A stretch of DNA of 64,000 nt from Kiritimatiellia bacterium (lineage in GTDB: Bacteria; Verrucomicrobiota; Kiritimatiellia; RFP12; UBA1067): contig JAZOQU010000024.1 in assembly GCA_045656225.1 (NCBI GenBank), forward strand, positions 5,790 through 69,789. The letters are read 5' to 3'. How positions within the stretch are numbered: the first letter of the stretch is position 1; each line of letters begins with the position of its first letter. The notes under the pieces were generated by a model. That model worked only from the letters and a program-made list of their open reading frames with translations, ran no database searches and was not told where the DNA came from. Below, in pieces: positions 22,037-31,534 of this stretch. The position numbers and the translations under genes are program-made.

Positions 22037-22849
22037 TTATCGCGTTTTGTTCTTGCCGAGATTGCGCTCGCGGTTGAGCTCGACAATCTGTTCGCGGATT
22101 CTCTCAAACTCGATGACCGGAAGCTCCTTCTCCGTGAAGATGTCGTTCTTGTTGCGCAGAGTAAGCGTAAGACGGCCTTTGGTCTGTTCGGCGACGGCAA
22201 GCATCTCGGCCTCGCGGGGAGTCACGAGAAGCGTGACGGTCGTATATCCAGACGACTGCGCTCCAAGGCTCCTGACGCGCATTTTCGCGGTTTCGTCGCC
22301 GACCGCGAGAACCGTTATCTTCTGAAGAACGGTCACCGTAGCGAGATCGCCGCGCTTGTTCTTTCCTTCGTCGCTCGGGAACGTGAACGTACCGATAACA
22401 TCGACCTCGTCACCCGCACGGATCATACCGGAAACAGACGCCGAACCGGTAACATTGATCGACATTGCGCGATAGCCCTGCTTTATCGCGACGGCAAGAC
22501 CGTCATCGCGCTGATAACCTTCGATATCGGTCTTGCGGACGGGAACTTTCGCCTTGACGTTGGCAATCAGACGACGCCCATAAAGCGACGGGATCTCTTC
22601 CTTTGTGTAAACGGCGCCCTCGTTGCCGCGACGAAACGTTTTGCACGTTGAAATGTCCTCGGGATTGATAACGCTGCCTTTAGTCTTGTCGCTCACAAAG
22701 CAGACTGCCGTCATTTCGCCATACTTGCGCTTCATGGCGGCTTCCTTCTCTTTGAGCTCCGCGTTCTTGCCGCTGATATAGGTACTTGTCAAAAGAGCGG
22801 CGATAAGACCCGCGACGAGGCTCGCGATAAGAACAATCTGACGCTTCAT
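22037..22849 (-). CDS. cpaB: Flp pilus assembly protein CpaB/RcpC
   Basis: N-terminal TM, then SAF/RcpC-like sequence (..GYRAMSINVTGSASVSGMIRAGDEVDVIGTF..VTLLVTPREAEMLAVAEQTKGRLTLTLRN..). The ATG is 1 nt after the fhs stop. Confidence 0.8.
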   Translation of the reverse strand: MKRQIVLIASLVAGLIAALLTSTYISGKNAELKEKEAAMKRKYGEMTAVCFVSDKTKGSVINPEDISTCKTFRRGNEGAVYTKEEIPSLYGRRLIANVKAKVPVRKTDIEGYQRDDGLAVAIKQGYRAMSINVTGSASVSGMIRAGDEVDVIGTFTFPSDEGKNKRGDLATVTVLQKITVLAVGDETAKMRVRSLGAQSSGYTTVTLLVTPREAEMLAVAEQTKGRLTLTLRNKNDIFTEKELPVIEFERIREQIVELNRERNLGKNKTR

Positions 22850-22850
22850 C

Positions 22851-24614
22851 TTAGAATAATCCCTTCACCTTGCCGGTTTCAACATCAACGTCAATCCTGC
22901 GGTACGCGGGAGAAGCGCTCGTTCCGGGCATAAGCTTTATCTCGCCCGCGACCGGTACGAGAAGCCCGGCGCCGGCATAGACGAGAATGTCCTTTACCGG
23001 CAGACGCCACCCCTTCGGACGGCCGAGAAGTTTCGGATCGTGCGAAAGCGAATACTGTGTCTTCGCGATACAGATCGGAAGGCGCGCGGTCTCGGGATTC
23101 GCCTGGTACGCTTCGAGCTTTTCGAGAGCGAGAGGCTCGAAATCAACTCCGTCGCCGCCGTAAACCTCTTTAACCTGCTTTTCGATACGGTCCTTCAGCG
23201 GTTCGTTAAGATCGCAGAGAAACGCGAAATTGTTTGGCTCGTCGCACGCGGCAATAACGGCCTCGGCGAGTTCGAGCGCACCTTCGCCGCCCTTGAGCCA
23301 GTGGTCGGAAACCGCGAATCTCGCGCCCGCGGATTCGGCGACCTTCTTGACGAGAGCGCGCTCGGCTTCCGTGTCGGTATAGAACGCGTTCAGACAGACG
23401 ACGGGCTGAACGCCCGAGCGGCGGATGATGTCAATGTGGGCGAGAAGATTGTCGCAGCCCTTCTCGAGAAGCTCGAGATTCTCGCTCGTATAAACGGGAT
23501 CGAGCGGGAGACCCGCCTTTACCGCCGGAGCGCCGCCGTGGGCCTTGAGGGCGCGGACCGTCGCGACGAGTACGACCGCATCGGGCTTAAGACCCGAGCA
23601 GCGGCACTTGATGTTCCAGAACTTCTCGAAGCCCATGTCGCTCGCGAAGCCGGATTCGGTCACGACGTAATCGCCGAGCGCACACGCCAGGCGGTCTGCG
23701 ACGACCGAATTCTGACCGATGGCGATGTTTGCGAAGGGACCTGCGTGGACGAACATCGGCTGGCCCTCGATCGACTGCATCATCGTGGGCTTTATCGCAT
23801 TCACTAAAAGCGCGCACATCGCGCCGTCGACCTCTAGATCGGCGGTCGTCACGGGAGCGCCCGACCTGGAATAGGCGACGACTATCTTAGAAAGGCGCTT
23901 TCTCAAATCGGCGAGATCGGCGCTCATCGCGAGAATCGCCATAACCTCGGAGGCTACGGTGATGTAAAAGCCGCTTTCGCACGTAAAGCCGTCGAGTTTT
24001 CCGCCGCGGCCGATTTCGACGTTCCTCAGACCCTGCGCGCAGAAATCCATCGCCCAGCGGAACTGAATGCGCTCAGGATCGACGTCGAGACGCTTCAGCC
24101 CTCGCTCGGCGAGCCATTCGTCGTCGTGGTTGCGCTCATGCTGCATGCGCGAGTTGAGCGCCACCATAGCGAGATTGTTGGCGTTTGTAATAGCGTCGAT
24201 ATCGCCCGTAAGACCGAGCGAAAGCGAAGTCAGAGGCACAACCTGGGCGAGACCGCCGCCCGCCGCCGAACCCTTGATGTTAAAAGTCGGACCTCCCGAA
24301 GGCTGACGTACGCAGCCTATAACTTTTTTACCCAGTCTGCCGAGACCCTGAACAAGACCGAGAGTCGTCGTCGTCTTACCCTCGCCGAGAGCGGTCGGAG
24401 TGATCGCGGTAACGTCGATGTACTTGCCCTTGCGCCCTTCTCCGACGCGCTTAAGGACTTTCGTAACATCGATTTTTGCAAGAACGTCGCCGTACGGCGT
24501 CCATTCGTCGTCTCTTAAATCAAGTTCCTTGGCCAAGTCGGAAGCCTTGCGGAGATTTGCCTCTGCTGCTTCGGCGATCTGCCAATCCTTCATTTTTGTA
24601 GGATCTAACTTCAT
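22851..24614 (-). CDS. fhs: Formate--tetrahydrofolate ligase
   Basis: PTALGEGKTTTTLGL motif and full-length FTHFS similarity (587 aa). Confidence 0.95.
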   Translation of the reverse strand: MKLDPTKMKDWQIAEAAEANLRKASDLAKELDLRDDEWTPYGDVLAKIDVTKVLKRVGEGRKGKYIDVTAITPTALGEGKTTTTLGLVQGLGRLGKKVIGCVRQPSGGPTFNIKGSAAGGGLAQVVPLTSLSLGLTGDIDAITNANNLAMVALNSRMQHERNHDDEWLAERGLKRLDVDPERIQFRWAMDFCAQGLRNVEIGRGGKLDGFTCESGFYITVASEVMAILAMSADLADLRKRLSKIVVAYSRSGAPVTTADLEVDGAMCALLVNAIKPTMMQSIEGQPMFVHAGPFANIAIGQNSVVADRLACALGDYVVTESGFASDMGFEKFWNIKCRCSGLKPDAVVLVATVRALKAHGGAPAVKAGLPLDPVYTSENLELLEKGCDNLLAHIDIIRRSGVQPVVCLNAFYTDTEAERALVKKVAESAGARFAVSDHWLKGGEGALELAEAVIAACDEPNNFAFLCDLNEPLKDRIEKQVKEVYGGDGVDFEPLALEKLEAYQANPETARLPICIAKTQYSLSHDPKLLGRPKGWRLPVKDILVYAGAGLLVPVAGEIKLMPGTSASPAYRRIDVDVETGKVKGLF

Positions 24615-24622
24615 ATCCTTGA

Positions 24623-24631
24623 ATTATATCA
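24623..24631 (-). promoter_or_regulatory. Extended -10 box TGATATAAT for fhs (near-leaderless)
   Basis: The plus strand reads attatatca. Predicted +1 is 24616 and the ATG is at 24614. Confidence 0.45.
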
Positions 24632-24696
24632 AAATTACGCTATTCAAGCACTACTGTTTAATTAATTGCGGACTAAAAGCGCACTGCGCAACAAAA

Positions 24697-25404
24697 TCAA
24701 CGTTCACGAGAAAAAAGTCTCAGCAGATAAAGGAATAGATTGATAAAATCAAGATAAAGAGACAGTGCGCCGACGACTCCAATCTTAATCAACGACTCCC
24801 TGTCCATCATATTCTCATGTTCGGCAATCTGGCGAATCTTCTGTGCGTCATACATGGTCAGACCCGTAAAAACAAGAACGCCGGCAAATGAAATAATCAG
24901 ATCAAAACCGCTCGAACCGAAAAACATATTGACTATGGACGCGATTATAATACCCCAAAGCGCCATACCGCAAATCGAGCCTACACTTGTAAGATCGTTT
25001 TTTGTGAACGTCCCCCAAAGCGCAAGCCCCGCAAACATGCCGGCTGTCACAAAGAAAACGTTCTGAATAAGCGCTATCTCGTAAGCGGCAAATATAAACG
25101 AAAGAGTCAATCCGTTCAACGCCGCATACAAGGCAAACATGCCTGTCGCCATAAATGCCGAGATTTTGTTTATCATGCGGCTTATGCCGAACACTAAGGC
25201 AAGCTCTGCTAAAATACACCCGAAAAACCACGGGGTGCCTAAAATATTCTTATATAATCCGCTTTCAAAGGTATACCATGCAACAAGGCCTGAAACAGCG
25301 AGTCCTGCGGCCATCCATCCGTATACATACTTGAAAGTCTTAGCGATAGCGGTCTGACGGGCGCTATATGCAGGTTTGCTGAATTCTTTTTCATAATCTA
25401 TCAT
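24697..25404 (-). CDS. BAX inhibitor-1/YccA-family membrane protein
   Basis: 235 aa, seven-TM BI-1-like sequence. An AGGAGGT Shine-Dalgarno sits at 25417-25411. Confidence 0.9.
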   Translation of the reverse strand: MIDYEKEFSKPAYSARQTAIAKTFKYVYGWMAAGLAVSGLVAWYTFESGLYKNILGTPWFFGCILAELALVFGISRMINKISAFMATGMFALYAALNGLTLSFIFAAYEIALIQNVFFVTAGMFAGLALWGTFTKNDLTSVGSICGMALWGIIIASIVNMFFGSSGFDLIISFAGVLVFTGLTMYDAQKIRQIAEHENMMDRESLIKIGVVGALSLYLDFINLFLYLLRLFSRER

Positions 25405-25434
25405 TATTTTACCTCCTTGAATATTAACATGACC

Positions 25435-25443
25435 ATTATACCA
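25435..25443 (-). promoter_or_regulatory. Extended -10 box TGGTATAAT for the BI-1-family gene
   Basis: The plus strand reads attatacca. Predicted +1 is ~25428, giving a 24-nt leader that contains the SD. Confidence 0.5.
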
Positions 25444-25472
25444 AAATTACCAGACGCGATGATAAAATAATT

Positions 25473-25481
25473 TGGTATAAT
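25473..25481 (+). promoter_or_regulatory. Extended -10 box TGGTATAAT for the GH2 gene (leaderless)
   Basis: The hexamer ends at 25481 and the ATG is at 25489, so predicted +1 (25488/25489) coincides with the start codon. It forms an inverted repeat with the 25435-25445 box (attataccaaa / tttggtataat). Confidence 0.5.
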
Positions 25482-25488
25482 TCCTTGC

Positions 25489-27732
25489 ATGAACAACAAC
25501 TTTGCAATATTCAAAGCGGCGGCTGCCGCAGTTTTACTTACTCTCGGACTCGACTCATTCTCGGCGGAATTAAACCTTGCCGGTAAATGGACGCTTTCGA
25601 CGCCATCGGTTTCGAACACATGGCCGTGTAAAATCCCGGGCGACAATGCGAGCGCCCTTCTTGAGGCAAAATTCATCCCAGACCCCTTCTATCGGAATGT
25701 CGAGGATACGGTCCAATGGATCGGCGATGTGGATTGGACATTCTCGCGCGAATTCGACCTTCCCTCATCCTTTAAGGGGAAAACCGCCTACCTCGAGTTC
25801 GACTCGATCGACACGGCGGCCGACGTCTACCTGAACGACGTTAAAATCGCTTCGGTGACGAATCAGTTCCGCAAATGGTCGATCCCCGTATCCGACAATC
25901 TGAAAAACGGCAAAAATGCTCTTGAAGTCCGCGTCAAGGCGCCGCGCCGCATCGCGAGCGAACTTTGGCTCCGCACGCCCGACTACGACGTTAGAAGTTG
26001 GGCCGTAACCACATGCCGCGCCATAAACGCTCTTAGAAAGACGCAATGCTGCTTCGGTTGGGATTGGGGCGTTTCACTGCCCGTCTCCGGCATTTACGGC
26101 AATGTCCGCCTCGTGGCGCCCGAAGACGGTCAGCCGCTCCTTAAATACGCATGGGCCGAAGCGACGCTGAAAGACGACGGCACGGCAGAAGTTGCAATCC
26201 ACGCCATTGCCGACGGCTACTTCAACGGAGAGACTGTATTCAATGGAGAGAAGGCCTTCATCAGCGCGGGCAAACCCGCGATCTTCAAGCTCGCCAAGCC
26301 CGAGCTCTGGTGGCCCAACGGAATGGGCGAGCAGAAACTTTACCCCTGGTCCGTAACCATCGGCGGAGTTGCAATCTCCGGTAGGGTCGGCGTAAGAAAG
26401 TTTGAACTCGTCCGCGAAAAGGACGGCGAGGGTGAATCTTTCGGCTTCCGCGTGAACGGGAAGGACATCTTCTCTCTTGGCGCAGACTGGATACCCTGCG
26501 ACGCATTCCCCTCGCGCCGTACGCCCGAAAGGATCCGCTCGCTCCTTAAAAGCGCGGCAGACGCCAACATGAACACGATCCGCGTCTGGGGCGGCGGCGA
26601 ATACGAAAACGAAGCCTTTTACGAAACGTGCGATGAGCTCGGGCTTTTAGTCTGGCAGGACTTTATGCTCGCTTGCGCGCGCTATCCCGCCCGCAAGGAC
26701 TTTCTCGATGAAATCGCGGCTGAAGCGAAGCACCAGGTGCTAAGGCTTAAAAAGTACACGTCCATCTTCCTCTGGTGCGGCGACAACGAATGTATCGCCG
26801 CCGTGAGAGAGCCCTGCAAATACCGCGGCGACTGGATCGCCTGGAACGCGGTGTTGGCCAAAGCGGTTAAAGAGAACGCCCCGAATACGATATGGTGGCC
26901 GAGCTCGCCTTGCGCGGGTCCGGGAGATTTCACCTACAACGAGCTTACCGGCGAAAGCGGAGACTCTCACTACTGGGGCGTCTGGCACGGGGCGCGCGAT
27001 CTTTCGGGCTACTACCAGCTTCGCCCCCGCTTCTGCAGCGAATTCGGTTTTCAGAGCTTCCCGTCGCTCCCGACGGTCAAGCAGTTCGCTGACGAAAAAC
27101 GCGGCGATTTCGACGTCAATTCGCGCGTCATGCTCGCCCACCAGAAAAACAACGGCGGCAACGATAAGATCAATAAAATGCTCGCTCGCTACTTCCCCGA
27201 GCCTAAAGACTTCGCTTCGCGCCTTTATCTTTCGCAGGTTCAGCAGACTCTCGCCATTGAGACCGCCGTCGCCTACTGGCGCTCGGAATGGCCGCGCTGC
27301 CGCGGCGCTATCGTATGGCAGCTCAATGACTGGTGGCCCGTCGCGAGCTGGAGTTCGATCGAATACGATGGTCGCTGGAAGCCGCTCCACTATGCGATGA
27401 AACGCTTCTTCTCGCCCGATTACGATGCAAAAAAACGCGCCGAAGAATTAAGACACATCGACTATAAATCCGCCACCCTTCCCAAAGCGAACGTACGCAT
27501 CGTTTCCATAATACCGAATAACGACGGCACATATTCGGTAACGGTCAAGGCTGACGAAAAAGCGTATTTCGTATGGCTCGAAGACTCCGCCGATCCGAAC
27601 GGAAGATTCGAGGACAACCTCGTCGATATGGAAAAAGGAGAAAAGATCTTCATATACAAACCCGGCAAAGATACCGACAAATCAATCGCATCGCGCCTTT
27701 CCGTCCGCGATCTTTCCGGATCTGTCAAATAG
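25489..27732 (+). CDS. Glycoside hydrolase family 2, beta-mannosidase-like (secreted)
   Basis: Signal peptide present. Contains [31 protein letters not shown] and [11 protein letters not shown] motifs typical of GH2 beta-mannosidases. Confidence 0.85.
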   Translation: MNNNFAIFKAAAAAVLLTLGLDSFSAELNLAGKWTLSTPSVSNTWPCKIPGDNASALLEAKFIPDPFYRNVEDTVQWIGDVDWTFSREFDLPSSFKGKTAYLEFDSIDTAADVYLNDVKIASVTNQFRKWSIPVSDNLKNGKNALEVRVKAPRRIASELWLRTPDYDVRSWAVTTCRAINALRKTQCCFGWDWGVSLPVSGIYGNVRLVAPEDGQPLLKYAWAEATLKDDGTAEVAIHAIADGYFNGETVFNGEKAFISAGKPAIFKLAKPELWWPNGMGEQKLYPWSVTIGGVAISGRVGVRKFELVREKDGEGESFGFRVNGKDIFSLGADWIPCDAFPSRRTPERIRSLLKSAADANMNTIRVWGGGEYENEAFYETCDELGLLVWQDFMLACARYPARKDFLDEIAAEAKHQVLRLKKYTSIFLWCGDNECIAAVREPCKYRGDWIAWNAVLAKAVKENAPNTIWWPSSPCAGPGDFTYNELTGESGDSHYWGVWHGARDLSGYYQLRPRFCSEFGFQSFPSLPTVKQFADEKRGDFDVNSRVMLAHQKNNGGNDKINKMLARYFPEPKDFASRLYLSQVQQTLAIETAVAYWRSEWPRCRGAIVWQLNDWWPVASWSSIEYDGRWKPLHYAMKRFFSPDYDAKKRAEELRHIDYKSATLPKANVRIVSIIPNNDGTYSVTVKADEKAYFVWLEDSADPNGRFEDNLVDMEKGEKIFIYKPGKDTDKSIASRLSVRDLSGSVK

Positions 27733-27738
27733 AAAAAC

Positions 27739-29883
27739 ATGAAAATTCGACTTCAAAACATTGTTCTATCGATAGTTTCATCATTTTCATTATCTGCAGC
27801 AGGATCACAATGCCTTTCTGATTATGCCGATCCGTTCATCGGGACATCGGCGAACGGCCACAATTACCCGGGCGCGACCGTGCCGTTCGGAATGATTCAG
27901 GCATCGCCCGATTCGGGCAACTACAGCTGGGATTATTGCGGGGGTTACCGGCATGAGGACAATGTTGTCTACGGCTTCTCCCAGACGCACTTCAGCGGAG
28001 GAGGATGTACAGATTTAGGAGACATGCTTCTTCTTCCGTTCGTCGGAGAATTAGGCGAGTACCCCGTAAAAGTCGACAAATCGGCAGAAATCGCAAAGCC
28101 GGGATACTACGCGACGACTCTTGCCGCCTCGCGCATCCGCGTCGAAACCACCGTCCAGGGCCGCAGCGCGATCTACAGAATCACGGCTCCTACGGGCGGC
28201 GTCGTCAATCTTCTTGTCAATATGCAGTGGGGAGTAATCGCACACCCCAAGTACTACAAGCCCGAAGAATACGTCCTTCAGATGTCATACTCGCCGTGCG
28301 ACGACCGCTCGGGATTTACCGCGACAAGACGCACAAAAAGCTGGACCGAGCGGGATGTCGCCTTCTCCGTAAAATTCAACCGCGCATACGCTTCGCTTAA
28401 AGAGCTCCCGAAGCGTCACGAATCCGAAAAAGGTAAAAGGCTCGTATTTACTTTTGATTTAGGCGGAGAGAAGGAACTTCTTCTGAAGCTCGCCCTTTCG
28501 CGCAACACGATTGAGGACGCTCAGCGTAATCTCGAAAGCGAAATTCCCGGCTGGGATTTCGATCTTGTGCGCTCCAAAGCTAAAAACGATTGGGAAGAAA
28601 TTTTCCGCCGCGCCGAAATCGAAGGTTCTGAAGAGCAGAAGAAAATCTGGTACACGGCCCTTTATCACCACCATCTTCAGCCGCACCTCGTCTCAGACGT
28701 CGGCGCGAAAAAGTTCTACACGACATTCGGAACGTGGGACACTTTCCGCGCCGCCGCGCCGCTCATGACGATCATTGACGCGGAACGCTTCGACGACTTT
28801 ATCGAATCAATGCGCGAACAGGGGAGAATTACCGGCTACCTGCCGCAGTTTTCTCTTTGGGGATACGAAACGCAATGCATGATCGGAACGCACTCTGTGC
28901 CGATCATCGTGGACTGGTTCTTAAAACGCAAAGACAAAATGACAGAGCGCGAATTAACCTATTGGAACTCGACATTTGATCAGATCAAGGAAACGCTCAC
29001 CGTAAAACACAAGGGGCGCCGACGCGAAAACTGGGACGTTTACGACAAATACGGCTACTACCCTTACGACATAATAAAACACTCGAGCGTTTCGCGCACG
29101 ATGGAAGCGGCGTACGACGACTGGTGCGCGGCGCAGATGGCGAAAAGTCTCGGGCGCAAAGACGACGCGGAACTTTTCGCTAAACGCGCCGAACGCTGGC
29201 GCAACGTCGTCGACTTCAGCTGCGGCTTTGCGCGCGGCAAAAACAAAAACGGCGAATGGCGCGAAAAATTCAGTCCCGTAAAACTGGCGGGAGACTTCTG
29301 CGAAGGCAACTCGTGGCAATACACTTTCCATGTCATGCAGGATGTTCCCGCTCTCATCGAAATGGCGGGAGGACGCGAAAAGTTCGTCGAAAAGCTCGAC
29401 ACGCTTTTCAGCCTTGAGGCTTCTGCGGAAGAAATGGGAGAAGTCCTCGATGTAACGGGCCTTATCGGCCAGTACGCGCACGGCAACGAGCCGAGCCATC
29501 ACATCATCTATCTCTATACGATGGCCGGGCGGCGCGACAAAACCGCGAAACTCGCCAAACGGATCTGCGAAACTTTATACAGGGCGACTCCCGACGGAAT
29601 CTGCGGCAACGAGGACGGCGGACAGATGAGCGCGTGGTATATTTTCTCGACAATGGGCTTCTATCCCGTCAATCCATGCGGCGGCGAATACATTCTCGGT
29701 GCGCCCCAGGTACCCAAAACGACTTTGAGACTCCCGAACGGAAAAACGTTCACCGTGATCGCGAAGAATCCCGGCGGAGAGGTGAAAGCGGACGACAAGG
29801 TCTTTCTCAACGGGAAAGAGCTTAAAGAGATGAAAATCTCCCACGCCGACATACTCGCCGGCGGCGAACTCGTTTTCGAATAA
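27739..29883 (+). CDS. Glycoside hydrolase family 92 alpha-mannosidase (secreted)
   Basis: YADPFIGTSANGHNYPGATVPFGMIQASPDS N-terminal motif, plus GNEPSHHIIYLY and CGNEDGGQMSAWYIFSTMGFYPVNP. Confidence 0.9.
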   Translation: MKIRLQNIVLSIVSSFSLSAAGSQCLSDYADPFIGTSANGHNYPGATVPFGMIQASPDSGNYSWDYCGGYRHEDNVVYGFSQTHFSGGGCTDLGDMLLLPFVGELGEYPVKVDKSAEIAKPGYYATTLAASRIRVETTVQGRSAIYRITAPTGGVVNLLVNMQWGVIAHPKYYKPEEYVLQMSYSPCDDRSGFTATRRTKSWTERDVAFSVKFNRAYASLKELPKRHESEKGKRLVFTFDLGGEKELLLKLALSRNTIEDAQRNLESEIPGWDFDLVRSKAKNDWEEIFRRAEIEGSEEQKKIWYTALYHHHLQPHLVSDVGAKKFYTTFGTWDTFRAAAPLMTIIDAERFDDFIESMREQGRITGYLPQFSLWGYETQCMIGTHSVPIIVDWFLKRKDKMTERELTYWNSTFDQIKETLTVKHKGRRRENWDVYDKYGYYPYDIIKHSSVSRTMEAAYDDWCAAQMAKSLGRKDDAELFAKRAERWRNVVDFSCGFARGKNKNGEWREKFSPVKLAGDFCEGNSWQYTFHVMQDVPALIEMAGGREKFVEKLDTLFSLEASAEEMGEVLDVTGLIGQYAHGNEPSHHIIYLYTMAGRRDKTAKLAKRICETLYRATPDGICGNEDGGQMSAWYIFSTMGFYPVNPCGGEYILGAPQVPKTTLRLPNGKTFTVIAKNPGGEVKADDKVFLNGKELKEMKISHADILAGGELVFE

Positions 29884-29884
29884 A

Positions 29885-30487
29885 TTATTTTTTACCCGAA
29901 AGAGCGAGTCGAATAACAGTTTCAACATCTGCAACAGATGGATTAGCTTGAATAACCTGAGTTACCATCTTATTGGCAGTCTCTTCACTAAAGCCGAGTG
30001 CTGAAAGCGCAAGAATCGCATCACGCAACATAGGAGCCTTGGTATCCTCTTTAGAACTGCGAGATGTCGAAGCTAAGGCCTCTATAGCATTAACTTTATC
30101 TTTTAATTCTACACAAATCTTCTCAGCCGTCTTTTTACCGACACCCTTAATAGCAGAAATACGCTTCGCATTACCGCTCGCAATAGCCAGAGACAATTCA
30201 CCGACAGATGACCCCGAAAGAATCGCCAGAGCAATTTTAGGTCCAACCCCGCTGACCTGAGTCAACTTGAGAAACATCTCACGCTCGGCGACGGTCGCAA
30301 AGCCAAAAAGCATTTCATCGTCCTCACGTACACAATGCCATGCCAGGAGTTTAACCTCTTCTCCCTCGTGGGGCAATCTGTCGAACGTGGAAACGGGGAT
30401 GTACAGTTCATAACCGACACCGGCCGCTTCGAGAACAACGCGATCAAACGACTTTTCCGCCAATATGCCTCGGATATATGCAATCAT
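29885..30487 (-). CDS. ruvA: Holliday junction DNA helicase subunit RuvA
   Basis: 200 aa, full-length RuvA-like (MIAYIRGIL.., HhH motifs ..LTQVSGVGPKIALAIL.. and ..IKGVGKKTAEKI..). Confidence 0.95.
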   Translation of the reverse strand: MIAYIRGILAEKSFDRVVLEAAGVGYELYIPVSTFDRLPHEGEEVKLLAWHCVREDDEMLFGFATVAEREMFLKLTQVSGVGPKIALAILSGSSVGELSLAIASGNAKRISAIKGVGKKTAEKICVELKDKVNAIEALASTSRSSKEDTKAPMLRDAILALSALGFSEETANKMVTQVIQANPSVADVETVIRLALSGKK

Positions 30488-30499
30488 GATGAATAAACC

Positions 30500-31501
30500 T
30501 TAAACACGTTCGGAAAGAATTACGAACACGGTGTACACCGCAAAAACCGCAAGCCACAGAACGCCTTTAACACGGCCTATGCGCCCGTCAGAGCGCGGAG
30601 AGCGGAAATTAAACGAGAAAAGCATGATTGAAAATGAAAGCGCCGCCATCACCGGCAGATCACGAGTCAGGATATTTGAGGAGAAACCTTCAGCAGGCGA
30701 AACAACGCATGCCAAACCTACGACGGCAAGCATATTGAAGAAGTTCGATCCGATGATATTGCCGAGCACAAACTCATGCTCACCGCGACGCGCAGCGACT
30801 ATCGCGCTCGCAAGTTCAGGAAGAGACGTGCCGACGGCGACAATCGTAAGACCGATCATTAGATCGCTGACACCAAGCGCCTTGGCGATATCAACAGCGC
30901 CCCAAACGAGAAGATGTGACGAGCCTATAAGCAGCGCAAGACCGATAAACAGTTTCAGCAACTCGAAACCGAGAACGCAATCAACATCCCGAACGGAAGA
31001 ATCATCCGTCGTTTGACCGGATTGATTTCCATTCGATTTTTGGTCAAACCAGCAGTAGACAGGCAAAAGAACGGCAAAAAGACAAAGCAGTACGATGGAA
31101 TCCAACCTGGAACAATCTCCGTCCGAAAGAAGGCAGTACGTCAAGACCGAAATCGCCAGAAGAGCGGAACCTGCAACCAATGACGTCATGCGTTTAGCGA
31201 GAATCGGATTTAGAACAGCCGACACGCCGAGAATCGCAGCTATGTTGAAAATACAGCTGCCGTAAGCGTTACCGAGCGAAAGAGCCGAATGGTCGGATAT
31301 GCCGGACATGACACTTACGCACAATTCCGGAGCACTTGTACCGAATCCGATGACAACCATGCCGACAACAAAGGGAGATATGCCCAGCTTTCCGGCAACC
31401 TTCGCCGCTGCTGAAATGAAAAGACCGCTTGAATACGCAAGCAAAGCGAGTCCTCCCGTAACGAAGACTATTGAAAGCCAAAAAGGAATGTTTTTATCCA
31501 T
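30500..31501 (-). CDS. Ca2+/Na+ antiporter (CaCA/YrbG family)
   Basis: Two alpha-repeat motifs (LGNAYGSCIFNI and LGNIIGSNFFNM) and ~10 TM helices. Confidence 0.85.
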   Translation of the reverse strand: MDKNIPFWLSIVFVTGGLALLAYSSGLFISAAAKVAGKLGISPFVVGMVVIGFGTSAPELCVSVMSGISDHSALSLGNAYGSCIFNIAAILGVSAVLNPILAKRMTSLVAGSALLAISVLTYCLLSDGDCSRLDSIVLLCLFAVLLPVYCWFDQKSNGNQSGQTTDDSSVRDVDCVLGFELLKLFIGLALLIGSSHLLVWGAVDIAKALGVSDLMIGLTIVAVGTSLPELASAIVAARRGEHEFVLGNIIGSNFFNMLAVVGLACVVSPAEGFSSNILTRDLPVMAALSFSIMLFSFNFRSPRSDGRIGRVKGVLWLAVFAVYTVFVILSERV

Positions 31502-31534
31502 AACTGCAAATTAGAGGCTGTTTTGTTTATTTTA

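Noticed and set aside
21695-22651. 318-aa plus-strand ORF spanning the cpaF/cpaB junction
   Set aside because: It crosses an intergenic junction of two well-supported minus-strand genes, and its composition is R/D/G-biased. Other long antisense ORFs were rejected for the same reasons: 16466-17335, 14818-15420, 23040-23807, 26740-27390, 53009-53752, 28954-29502.
24640-24690. Possible Rho-independent terminator after the BI-1 gene (GCGCAGTGCGCTTTT on the minus strand)
   Set aside because: The stem is only 4 bp with a 3-nt loop, too weak to call. The same applies to the 6-bp, 12-nt-loop inverted repeat TGCCGG/CCGGCA at 12003-12026 and the GGGGC/GCTCC stem near 44740.
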